Assembly: GCA_048013815.1 (NCBI GenBank)
Contig: CM106585.1
Span: forward strand, 11,966,001 to 12,030,000
Direction: 5' to 3'
From: Setoptus koraiensis
Taxonomy: Eukaryota > Animalia > Arthropoda
DNA length: 64,000 nucleotides
The notes beneath the pieces are model-generated. The model saw nothing but the letters and a program-made list of their open reading frames with translations, searched no databases and was not told where the DNA came from. The first letter of the stretch is position 1, and every line of letters begins with the position of its first letter. Position numbers and translations under genes: made by a program. This document shows positions 44,934-55,653 of this stretch, one piece after another.

Positions 44934-46295
44934 CTATCCTGCTCTCTCACTCCTTATTCGCGCCCTTCTAGAGCGTTCGTCTTCTTTTTCATCTTGGTCG
45001 TCATCCTCCTCGCCAGATTGACTGTCATAACCCGAGTCTAGATCTGGATCATCTCCACTGGTATCTTCTTCGGCGGTTGTGTCGAACCAAGTACTAACGA
45101 ATTTTTTCTGTGGACTGCTCGATTCACAGCTTGATATGATTGATCGCATTGCTTGCCAAGCATCGTCGTCTTCCATGCACAACATGCCACCACCTCTGGT
45201 GAATTGTGATTCCATCCTGTTGATATCACCAATACAAACAACTCGCCGATCGTTTTTCTCTTTTGTTAGAGCCCATTTTGCGTGGTCTTTGCTGCCTGTC
45301 CAACCTGCCAGCTCATTATTTTTTTCATCCGTAAGACTTATATAATTGACGTTACATACATTATCGCTTGGGTCCAACTTACCACCATGTCCGTTTTGCC
45401 AAGACTGAACATATAAGGGTCCATAGAAATCCGAGATGAGTGTTGAATAAATGTCTGTTTCATATCTACGAGTTTTAGCAATCAAGTCGATGTCCTTGCC
45501 AGCCAAAGTTTGGATGGTTTGTTTGGACTTCTTTGGGCCTGCTAGTTTTGGTATAGTCTTAGCAGCTTCCTGTACTTTAAACTTGGCATACAGCGGATGA
45601 TCATCAGTGAATGCCTTGCTGAAAAATGAATCGTATATTATAGGCTTGATAAAGTCTAAATGCTCGGCAACGGCATCTGCGTATAAGTCCGCGTCAAATG
45701 ATATACACATGAACGCCTGGCCGTATCGCTCTGCACTTGATGGGAAAAATTCGTCCGAAGACTTCCTTTGTCTGGGAAATTGGGGGACCGAGTGACTCAG
45801 CAAGGTGGCTCTGCGGGTGTTTTTATTAACCATTAGTACACCCTTAGAATGGCCACGAGCACTACTTCCACCTGGTCCTCCTGGGGGAGTTTGATCGTTC
45901 CACATTGCATACAATAATGGTGTTGAGTGGAGCTTTCGTGATTTGTCGTTCGCTTCATATATAGGATTCAATGTTTGCACAATCATAGAATTTTCATGAT
46001 TTATGGGATAATCAGATATCTCGAATCTGTTTTGCCCAGCATTTTCACTTGTAATGTAACCGTAACCTAACCCATTCATATAGTCATCGGGACCTTTTCC
46101 TTGGGGGAATTTGTACACAATAAACCAGTCTAACTGGTCGCCATTCTCATCTTTACATACCGTATCAAACAAAATTTCGTCTTCACTGACCGGATTCTTG
46201 ATTGTGAATACTACGCTTGAACAAAGGGAGATTAGCAATAAACCTACAAGAGGTCTGCATGCCAAAAATATATGCATTTTCTGAATTCTAAACAC
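44934..46295 (-). CDS. DNASE2: Deoxyribonuclease II (PLD-fold) with signal peptide and acidic C-terminal extension
   Basis: DWFIVYKFP, GHSKG and KDHAKW (two HxK motifs), HSVPQFP, CIGDINRMESQFTRGGG. Intronless. Confidence 0.93.
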   Translation of the reverse strand: MFRIQKMHIFLACRPLVGLLLISLCSSVVFTIKNPVSEDEILFDTVCKDENGDQLDWFIVYKFPQGKGPDDYMNGLGYGYITSENAGQNRFEISDYPINHENSMIVQTLNPIYEANDKSRKLHSTPLLYAMWNDQTPPGGPGGSSARGHSKGVLMVNKNTRRATLLSHSVPQFPRQRKSSDEFFPSSAERYGQAFMCISFDADLYADAVAEHLDFIKPIIYDSFFSKAFTDDHPLYAKFKVQEAAKTIPKLAGPKKSKQTIQTLAGKDIDLIAKTRRYETDIYSTLISDFYGPLYVQSWQNGHGGKLDPSDNVCNVNYISLTDEKNNELAGWTGSKDHAKWALTKEKNDRRVVCIGDINRMESQFTRGGGMLCMEDDDAWQAMRSIISSCESSSPQKKFVSTWFDTTAEEDTSGDDPDLDSGYDSQSGEEDDDQDEKEDERSRRARIRSERAG

Positions 46296-46774
46296 TATTG
46301 CAAGTTAGTTTAAACGTAATTCTAATCTATGTTATAGTATCACTGATTGGAAATCTCGTCGAATCTCTCTTATATATTGCGATTCACGATACAATATTTG
46401 GTCACCTGGAATTCGGACTTGTTGAGCTAGCTGATACATCATTGAGCTCATGATAGAGTAAGGCCTATTTTTAGCTAGTTCCAGCGTATCAAATACAGAC
46501 TGTTTCGCTTCTATTTTGGAAAGTTTCAGTCACATAGACATCTCGGAGTAGATGTAGCCCTCCCGATGAAATCATCTGACTTTTAGTGGAGCAGTTTTCA
46601 AAAAGAGAAGCAAGCTTTACAGAAAGAACATGATCGATGATTATGTTGTGCATCAAAGAACGGTTGTTATTTACATTTTATCTTTTCCTAGTCCTCTCTG
46701 TAAGTAGAAACTTCATTCGTTCGTAAAGAAAGATTCACTTTCTGCTTTAGTAGGATACTAGAATACAATCATAA

Positions 46775-47704
46775 TTAGGAGTTCGAGCCTGCCTGGAAGC
46801 ACGTGTCAGGAATTTTATTCTCTTGCTTAAGTTGATTGAAAGTGGCTAAAGCGACATCTTCGCGCCAGTAATGCTCGTTCAGTAGCTGATTTGAATGAAA
46901 ATGTGTCATACGCGTCTTTTGCATTATGGATTGTATCATCGTTTCGCCAGATTTTTTCACTTGTTCCTCATTTGGTGTTTGTATCATAAAAAGATCGTTG
47001 AAGATGGCATACCGAGGCTCACCCTGTTCGTCTAGTCCAATCTGTTTCAGAACAAATATTCGTGTGAATGACTTCAATGCTAAGCCGGGTTGACTTAGGT
47101 CCCTGAAATGGCCGGTGATAATTATTTGCAATGATGTCACAGTTAAAGTGTTCATTGTATAAAAGGGCACATCCTTATTGAATGCATCTACAAAATGTTT
47201 TGTGTGAGGAAATGCTTTAAATGCCTGAGCTATGTGATCTTTGCCGCACCTAAGCTTGGCCAATCTGGCATGTGGATCGGTTGTTTCAAGCAAATTTCTG
47301 CTAAAATCTGTAACATTTGGTGCATTTATAACCGGTATGGAAGTGTCAGTCATTGAGTAGAAGGCTTGATCGTAATACGCGTGCTCTATGCCTTGTCTAC
47401 CTTGTGTGTCGAATATGACAAAATATTCTCTGACTATTTTTTTGACAAGCGCCTTAACTTTAGAATTATCCGGCAATGAGGCACAAGATAGTGTTATAGA
47501 TCTGCGGCTTGATAAATCGTTATGTGCTGTGCGTCTATTAAATTTTGTCGTTAATTTAGTTGTGGTGGCGGCCTTGTTGGGTCGCTGGCCGTTTCCACTG
47601 ATATTTAGTCTGTCATGTACTGAAATTCTGCCATCATTTCTATTGGCATTCTGGCGAAAATTCCCACGATTCCCACGACCACGTCCTCGCGGCATGTTGT
47701 TCAA
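46775..47704 (-). CDS. NXF1/TAP-family protein reduced to RG-rich N-terminus, NTF2-like and TAP-C (UBA) domains (309 aa)
   Basis: KALVKKIVREYFVIFDTQGRQGIEHAY, SRNLL, FPHTKH, KSFTRIFVL, IFNDLFMI (NTF2L). MIQSIMQKTRM...LNEHYWREDVALATF...KIPDTCF (TAP-C). Confidence 0.85.
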   Translation of the reverse strand: MNNMPRGRGRGNRGNFRQNANRNDGRISVHDRLNISGNGQRPNKAATTTKLTTKFNRRTAHNDLSSRRSITLSCASLPDNSKVKALVKKIVREYFVIFDTQGRQGIEHAYYDQAFYSMTDTSIPVINAPNVTDFSRNLLETTDPHARLAKLRCGKDHIAQAFKAFPHTKHFVDAFNKDVPFYTMNTLTVTSLQIIITGHFRDLSQPGLALKSFTRIFVLKQIGLDEQGEPRYAIFNDLFMIQTPNEEQVKKSGETMIQSIMQKTRMTHFHSNQLLNEHYWREDVALATFNQLKQENKIPDTCFQAGSNS

Positions 47705-48398
47705 TGTATAATATAGTAGTGACAGAGGTATGGCAATATGGTGTCACAGAGAATTTGTGATATTCCCAGATCTAACACACAGGGATAGCGACAGTAAATA
47801 TAGTCAATATTATAATTATTACAACAGCAATTATACTTATTAAGATTATTAGACTGGAGGGAGGTTTACATCGGTCATAGAGATCTCCGTAGAGAATGGG
47901 TACAGCGGACTTGTTCTGGCTTGTTTCCCCTCATGCATGCTGAAAACGCGTTCAGTTTTCCCCTAATGCTCAGGCAATCATATTCAGACACACTATTCAA
48001 CGGTGGAGCGTGCACAAATAGCCAAACAGACAAAAAACGCGCATCAACTGAGCATGCGCCTGACGGATGCCGGCAGTTTATCGTAGGCAGTATAAGAATG
48101 TGTTGTTGTTGCTATCTGCAGATAAACCATGCAGCAAGTTCATGATCATTGTGACCATGCCGCCAAGTTGCCAAGTGCGCGTTTAGAGCGAACTCTCTCG
48201 ACGCATATCCGCAATTTAGACCTTCAACTGCCTATACTGTTGGCTTTATATTCACCACGTGCCTGCATCACTATTATCATATTATTATTAGACATAGATT
48301 GTAAACGTTAATCTAATTCACATCAAACGTTTTTCTATCTTTCAATTTAGACTACTTCGCCTTCGGCCATATCAGTGAGGACAACAAACAGAGACGTC

Positions 48399-50268
48399 AT
48401 GAAGTATATTCTGGTCACTGGAGGTATACAGAGTGGCATAGGAAAGGGAGTCATAGCTAGCTCCATTGGAGCCCTGCTCAAGGCTTGCAATTTGCGTGTG
48501 ACTGCAATAAAAATAGACCCTTACATCAACATCGACGCTGGTACATTCTCGCCCTATGAACACGGTGAAGTGTTTGTCCTCGATGATGGATGTGAAGTTG
48601 ATTTGGATCTAGGTAACTACGAACGCTTTCTAGAGACGCGATTACATGGAAAGAACAATATTACAACTGGCAAGATATTTCAAACTGTGTTTGATCGTGT
48701 CGAGCAAGGCCAATACTCTGAAGAGTTTATCAAAATAGACAATCACGTGATAGACTGCATACAAGAATGGATAAGCAGTGTGGCACGAGTGCCAAGCGTC
48801 AATGATTTGGCGCATATATCTACAAACAACACTAACGACGCTGACACCGTCAATGGCGACGACGTTAGTCCAGACGTTTGTATTATTGAACTGGGCGGTA
48901 CAGCTGGTGATATAGAAGGAGTCATATTTATAGAGGCTCTCAATAGATTCAGGCACATGGTTCTATCAGAAAACTTTTGTTGCATACATGTCACGCTCGT
49001 CGCAAACATAAATGGCACAGGTACACTAGAGACAGATCCAACAAAAGGTGGAGTGAAAAAATTGCACAATTTTGGACTACGGCCAGATCTAATCGTCTGC
49101 AGATCCGAAGCGGCCTTGCCAGAATCCATTCTTGATACAATATCCCGAGATTGCGACATTGAACAAAACAAAGTTTTCAATTTACCTGACTTCAGAACAA
49201 TTTACAAAGTTCCAATTGAATTGGAGCGGCAAGGTGTACTCAAAGCTTTGGCCGATTGCCTGAAATTGCCGTTAGAGCCCACAGACAAAATCCAGAGATG
49301 GAATACTCTTAGCACCATTGCAACGACTGCTGCCGAAGAAGTTATTATAGGATTGGTGGGAAAATACACAGCCTTCCGTGATAGTTATACATCTGTCATC
49401 AAAGCAGTAGAGCATGCTTGTTACTATGTAGGATTAAAACCATGTATTCGTTATATTGACTCAAGCTCACTAATTCAACCTGATGATTCAGATCCCGAGA
49501 AATTTGAGAAGATCCAAGAATATGATCAGGCTTGGGATGATCTCAGAAGCTCTCACGGGCTTCTCGTTCCAGGTGCATTCGGTAAGTTGATAGCACTGAT
49601 GATAGTCAAGTAAAACGAGGAGTTTGAAATCGATCTAATTCTTTTATTCTCATGTCGTGATTTGAATTATAGGCTATCGTGGTGTTGAGGGAATAATAGT
49701 CGCCATCGAATGGGCACGTACAAATAAAGTTCCTTTCTTGGGTATTTGTCTTGGATTTCAGGCGGCCACAATCGAATACGCGCGTAACGTAATGGGTATC
49801 AACGAAGCAAACTCAGCTGAATTTGCCACTGAGGCAAATTTGCCCCCAAGTTTCATTCCAATTGTGATAGAGATGCTCGAATATCAGGATCCTATGAAAA
49901 AACTGGGAGGGACTATGAGACTAGGTAGCAGAGCAACAAAATTCGTTACTTCCGACAGTATACTGAGAAAATTGTACGGCGATGTTGATGCAGTATACGA
50001 ACGTCATAGACACAGGTATGAAATCAATCCGGAGTATGTTGATCGGTTGGAGGCTTCTGGGCTCAGATTTGTCGGTAAAAATGATGACGAGATAAGAATG
50101 GAAATACTGGAACTGGACGAGTCGATTCATCCGTTTTACGTGGCTGTCCAGTATCACCCAGAGTACTTGACCCGGCCGTTCAAACCATCACCACCTTACC
50201 TTGGATTAATCAAAGCCTCTAGAACGAGATCTCAAGACTTTGTTGTTTGCTGTGAAAAAGTTGCGTAA
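48399..50268 (+). CDS. CTPS: CTP synthase family protein, divergent synthetase domain; join(48399..49581,49673..50268), 592 aa
   Basis: MKYILVTGG..SGIGKG, KIDPYINIDAGTFSPYEHGEVFV, DLDLGNYERF, GICLG, ERHRHRYE, QYHPE. The 91-nt GT-AG intron joins in frame. Confidence 0.92.
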
Positions 50269-50465
50269 TCTATGTGATAACAGTAGTTAACAATTGAGTG
50301 TATTAAAAGATGGATTTTATTCTTCTATATGTACGAACAAAAGCTAATCAACATAAGACATCAAACACTTTTAATTGACTTCTGTCGCTCATACAAACTC
50401 TTATATCCACCAATACCATCATATTTTGACCAGCGGACTACCATTGTCGACAGTTTGGGTGGAGC

Positions 50466-51580
50466 TTACTGCTTTCCCTTCCACGACCATTCAGGTGTTT
50501 CTTTCTTGGGTTCTTTGGTGTCCGTCATTTGATCCTTTCGGACGGATTTCAATGAGATAGTGAATCCGACCTCTTTTCGGGCGTTTAATAACATGCGCTC
50601 GATCTTCGCTTCGTATTTTGGTATTTTCTTGAGTGGTGGACGTATACTATTCGATTGCGAAGTATTAATTGTACACAAAATGATGAAACAATGCAAAAGT
50701 TACTCTACTAGCTCGATCATGCTTCAAAATGAATATACCTCACGTGTTACGTCTACTTACAATTTTCCTCTCATATCGTTGACTTTAGTGGCCATCTCAG
50801 TGATCTATTTTCGTTTGGTTGAAATGGAAATGTTGAAATTGATATAGATGAATTTATTCATTTGGTTATTCGCAACAGAAAAAGATTACTGTTTGATTGT
50901 TTGTTACTCACCTCGTAATCTTTACGATTGACTTGGTACTCGAGATCGTATTTTTCATTCTCTAACCGTTCAATTTTTTCATGATACTGTTGGGCTAGGG
51001 CAAGTAATTGCTCTGTAGGCGATTTCAAGTTGATTGTAAGTAAAGTTCGTTAAAGCAAGATGTATGGAATTCAAATGATTAATAACGTTTACGCTCCAGA
51101 ATACTCTACTCACCGTTGGATAAACCTTCCAGAGGCTTCCTGGTTCCTGTTCGTTGAGCGATCACTTTTCGTCTTTCGTTTGCCTTGGCCTCTTGTTGGC
51201 GTTTGAGCTCTTCGGCGGCCTTTCTTCTTAAAAGTAAACGTAACTTTTTCTTTCTTTCAGGTGTCATAAAACCTTTCTTCTTCTTGCTGGCAGAAGCGGC
51301 CTCCAGACGGGCCCTCACTTCGGCCTTCTTGCGCTCGCGATCTTCGCGTTTGCGTTTTTCTTCCTGTTATTGTGGTCATCGTGTTGATGATGATATTTGT
51401 ATCATGCGAGTAGTTGGTTTTGTTATGTTTGTTTTTGTTGTTTCATTTCAATGAATATTCAATATTTATTTGTTAATTAGATTCGTTACAATTGTCGCAA
51501 TGAGATTTAACTTACTTCGGTTGCAATTTAACTGCACCTGTGTGTTTGTTTATACTCACCTCACTTATAAAATCATTCAT
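50466..51580 (-). CDS. TnI: Troponin I (protostome type); complement(join(50466..50646,50761..50804,50912..51012,51114..51363,51560..51580)), 198 aa
   Basis: [46 protein letters not shown]-terminus. Four GT-AG introns join in frame; the first exon (MNDFISE) is less certain. Confidence 0.9.
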
Positions 51581-53198
51581 CGTTGTTTAGTATAGATGTG
51601 CACGCAACAGAAAAGAAAAGTTGACCAGATTGCTTTGTTTTCTCTAACTAAACACTTTTTATCAAATTGATCCGACCAACCAGTGTTAGCAGGAAATTAG
51701 TTTCTCCGCATAACTCAATTACTGTCTTACAGAAAGAGAGTTTATGCAAGTTTAGCGCAGTATTAGCTGAGCGGACAAATTAACGTACAAGTATATCAAT
51801 TCTGCAAACAGAAGCTCGGTCCCGCCTTGGTTATTCTCAATCGAATTGTATTGGCTTAGACATGGTCCAAGGAGCGACGCAGACTTGAAGCTGAGGAAGC
51901 CAACTAAAATAAGAATTGAGTCGCTCGCGATTGCGCGATTCAACACGACAAGAGTGCTTGCCTATTGAACAAATCGCATAAAGTCTGCCTAATTAGGAGA
52001 CTTTGAGGCCTACACAAACTCATCGCTCTAGCGAGGACTCATAATCGTCGCTGCACACTTGATTACTTGTTGAACTCACTGATCTCAGTGAGTGAGCAAG
52101 TGAGTAGCAGCAAGTTAATTGGAGGCTAAAGCTCGCAACAACAGCTCACTGAGATGCTGGCAAATGAGATAGAGGATTAGCTATAATGAAGAGGCCAAAA
52201 AGATTGAGAGTTGTTGTTCGATGAATACTCCAGTTACAGTCTATCGACATGACATACATCGCCCATATGCTAGCGATTTTCTCCCAGATCGCTGCTAGCT
52301 TGCTCACGAGATTAGCAGCTTTCTCTCACCATCCCCATCGCTATATATCACAAAAACATGAGCGCTTGCATAGAATAGCATCAAGTTACTATCGTCAGCG
52401 TTAGTTGGTCTCCCAAACCATATTTGGCTAGAGGAGCCAAAAATTGGCTTCGTTGAGCGACGATCATAAAGCATCTTCATTTTAATTTGCATATTGCTGC
52501 AATAACGGCTGGCATTCGTGTCTCATAAACACAAACAATCTATCCATCTTTATTGTAATTGAATATACGAGCCTCGTCTCTATCCTCTCTATTTTGCTTC
52601 TCTCTATTTAATCGATGGTTATTTACAAGAACAATAATGTGTGACGTTACAAAGTTGTGTTCAGCTTTGATGAGTTATTCATCTTTTAAGAGGTCCACTG
52701 ACGATGTTTTGTCCTGCCGTGTATCTTTATCCCTCATTTTCTCTCTTTCAAACCAGTAAATCGCTTGCATCAGCAACGTTCCTCAATAATGTCTGAGTTA
52801 GTGAACTCTGAACAATCACTACGTTATGCGCCTCTAGTTTTCTCCAATCTATTTTATAGTTTCCGCCCTCTAAACTCGAGTTTGATCAACTGGATTGGAT
52901 TTATCATTCGACGTTTCTTCCTCGACTCTAGCCTCATCAATGTGCCTCTACTCCATTCAACATTTTACAACATTCGCAACATTCGATATATTGTTTGTGG
53001 TTACGATTGATAATTTAGATCGTTGCCAACATCTACATGGTTTATAACGACCAATGTAAAGCCACTGTTGGCCGAAAACCTCGAAACCCCTCCAATAGAG
53101 GAGGCATCCATTCATTACAAACTCAATGAGAATTGAAAATCTATCCCAGAGAAGTATAGTTGAACATAAGTGGTTGTCGGAACTATCTTGGTAAACTA

Positions 53199-53217
53199 TT
53201 TATTGTTGAAAGACATG
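53199..53217 (-). promoter_or_regulatory. Putative VGAT poly(A) signal (AATAAA, 53204-53199) with an adjacent 11-nt complement to the miR-71 5' end (53217-53207)
   Basis: Minus strand reads CATGTCTTTCA-AC-AATAAA about 320 nt after the VGAT stop. miR-71 begins UGAAAGACAUG (recalled sequence). Confidence 0.45.
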
Positions 53218-53532
53218 ATTTAAACTGATGAAAATGCTCCTAGGGAGTGCACATGATTTTGAGCTGATCTAAATCTTAGGTTCCACACTCTCATTTTTAC
53301 AATTGTTGTCGTCGCTGTATAATGTTTGTGTTGTGTGTTTGTGTCATACTTGAGTTCAAAATAAAATTGTTTAAATTAAAAATACATAAGATCGGTATTG
53401 ACTCACTCAATCTCAGTTGAAATCTGGCACGATTTTGTACACGAGCTCGTATCTAATTTTTCGTATTAGCGGAACTCGTTTTTGTTCTAGCAATCTCTCT
53501 ATGGTGCTGCTTTTTGGCGGCCACCCGGGCAG

Positions 53533-55116
53533 TTACAATGCCTCGATTCCCGATACGGCCTCAACGATTCCCACATCCGACAGGCCAATGAAGCTACTGT
53601 ACATCCCTGTCAATCCAAAGAAGACACCTAAACAAATAATGGTTATCTCCCAGACTATCGTGCGCAATTCCAATTCATTCCATCTCAAGTACATGTGAAA
53701 GTAACAGGGCCACACAAAGGACAACATTGTTCCAGTGAAACTGCCAATGAATCCCAATAGCAGAGCAAAATGTGGAATTGATATAGCGGCAAACATTGTT
53801 ATCATCACTAGAGTTACGCGTAATCCTACTGCCCAAACTCTATATTCACCATCACGAGTCCATAACGATGAAAAGGGTTGATCGCCCTCACCATCTGGCT
53901 GATCTTCAGTGGGCCTCCTCTTAAACAATCCAATCTCTAATAGATGAGCGGCAGCGTAATAAGGTAATGGATAGGACAATAGGGCCTTTACCACCAATGT
54001 TAAATTGACTAGAGCCTTGAAACCTCTTGTAGGTAAATTGTTTGTTATAACTTCTTGTGTCGCATCGCCAAAAGTTAAAAATCCCACCCAGGCGAATAGT
54101 GTCTTACATAATGCCGCTGCTATATGACTCCAATCTAGCATATTGTCAAATCTTGCTGGCTCTTTCATGTTGCCTTCTAGGCTGGGCAAAAATATTTGCG
54201 ACGTATAACTGAACACGACAATGCCCAAACAAATCGGAAATGTGGCCGCGTCAATCTTGAATGATACCTTATCCCAGTACCAATCGCCCACTTGAATGAA
54301 ACAATAGGCAAATATGACAGCATTGATGGCGAAATGTATCATGGTGCACCACAGGCTCAGTGTACTAACTGAATGAAGGTCCTTGAGAAAAGCACAAGGT
54401 ATCAAAAGTATGCTACATAACATCATCCACGATCTCATGTCTATTATTCCATCTGGAAATGTTCCTATCATTAGATCGCCGCATAGGACAACGTACAATA
54501 TGCACGTCATTAATAGCTCGATAACTTGAGCCGTGTTGATAATTTTTCCGCCATACTTTGCACCGAAACACACCTGTGCAACCTCAACGTAGCTATCTCT
54601 GACCCTCTTTATTTTGCCAGTTTTTTCGTCGTATTCATACAGGCAATCTACTAATATTTTGCCTGTGTGACAACAAATATAAGCGATAAATATCAAAGAG
54701 AACAGTCCCCAGTAGCCACCATGTAATACAGCGTATGGCAAACTTACTAACGACATTCCTTGAATGGCATTGGTAACATTCCAACCGGCCTGCCAATCGG
54801 ATATCTTCCCTTGACTCATTTCAAATTCACTCATGATCTCATCATGAGGCTTAGGAGGCACCGGCGGCGACAGGGGAACTGCACCTGGCGCATCTGACAA
54901 TTCAAACTTAGTTTCAGCTTCGGCGGCCTTCAAAGAGTGATTGTTGATACTATGGTCGTTGTTAGTTTCACCAATACCCCGCATCTGATGCTCAAATTGT
55001 TGTTCATAACATTGTACACGAAGACTATTCGCAACTCCTGGTTTTGGAAAGTTGAGCTTGAGAAAATCAGCACCACGTTTTGTGGCACTAAATAGAGGAT
55101 TCAACCAGATTTCCAT
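53533..55116 (-). CDS. VGAT: Vesicular GABA/inhibitory amino acid transporter (SLC32A1)
   Basis: KISDWQAGWNVTNAIQGM, GIVVFSYTSQIFLPSLEGNM, KALLSYPLPYYAA, LSFVWPCYFH. Multi-pass and intronless CDS. Confidence 0.95.
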   Translation of the reverse strand: MEIWLNPLFSATKRGADFLKLNFPKPGVANSLRVQCYEQQFEHQMRGIGETNNDHSINNHSLKAAEAETKFELSDAPGAVPLSPPVPPKPHDEIMSEFEMSQGKISDWQAGWNVTNAIQGMSLVSLPYAVLHGGYWGLFSLIFIAYICCHTGKILVDCLYEYDEKTGKIKRVRDSYVEVAQVCFGAKYGGKIINTAQVIELLMTCILYVVLCGDLMIGTFPDGIIDMRSWMMLCSILLIPCAFLKDLHSVSTLSLWCTMIHFAINAVIFAYCFIQVGDWYWDKVSFKIDAATFPICLGIVVFSYTSQIFLPSLEGNMKEPARFDNMLDWSHIAAALCKTLFAWVGFLTFGDATQEVITNNLPTRGFKALVNLTLVVKALLSYPLPYYAAAHLLEIGLFKRRPTEDQPDGEGDQPFSSLWTRDGEYRVWAVGLRVTLVMITMFAAISIPHFALLLGFIGSFTGTMLSFVWPCYFHMYLRWNELELRTIVWEITIICLGVFFGLTGMYSSFIGLSDVGIVEAVSGIEAL

Positions 55117-55284
55117 GACTGTCTGTGAAACTGGAGCTCGCTGGATATGAATATAGATAAATTGTTGATAGAACTATATATATAAATTGAGATGACGATG
55201 GAAATAAGATCTATAGCGATTGTATTGACTTAAGCTGAATATGTGTTCGCAGCTTAATCATCACTCGATAGATTGATCAGTTTC

Positions 55285-55653
55285 TGAAAGACTAAATTGA
55301 AAGACTTGATGAAAGACTTGCTGGAAGACTCGATAGGTCTTCCTATGTGAATTCTATATACAGTTAAGCTCTGAAAGACTCCATTACAAGTTAAATAAAA
55401 CGTTCTCTGGACAACTCGTTTCCGGACTAGCGGATCACGATTTCTGCTGTTTCATGATAAGCTTGAGTAGCTTCCTTGTATCGATGTGCAGGTAGCCAAA
55501 TGGATAAATCTGATTGATATATCTAGTGATAATATAATAGGTATCCAATATAATAGATTCTAGATGAAAGACTTGACTTGTTCTTGGAATGAGACAAATC
55601 TCGTTGAAAGACTTGAGTTGTTCTTGGAATGAGATAAATCTCGTTGAAAGACT
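55285..55653. repeat. Cluster of seven TGAAAGACT motifs (plus one TGGAAGACT), including a 40-bp tandem duplication at 55566-55653
   Basis: Exact copies start at 55285, 55298, 55310, 55372, 55565, 55605 and 55645; variant at 55322. Confidence 0.9.
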
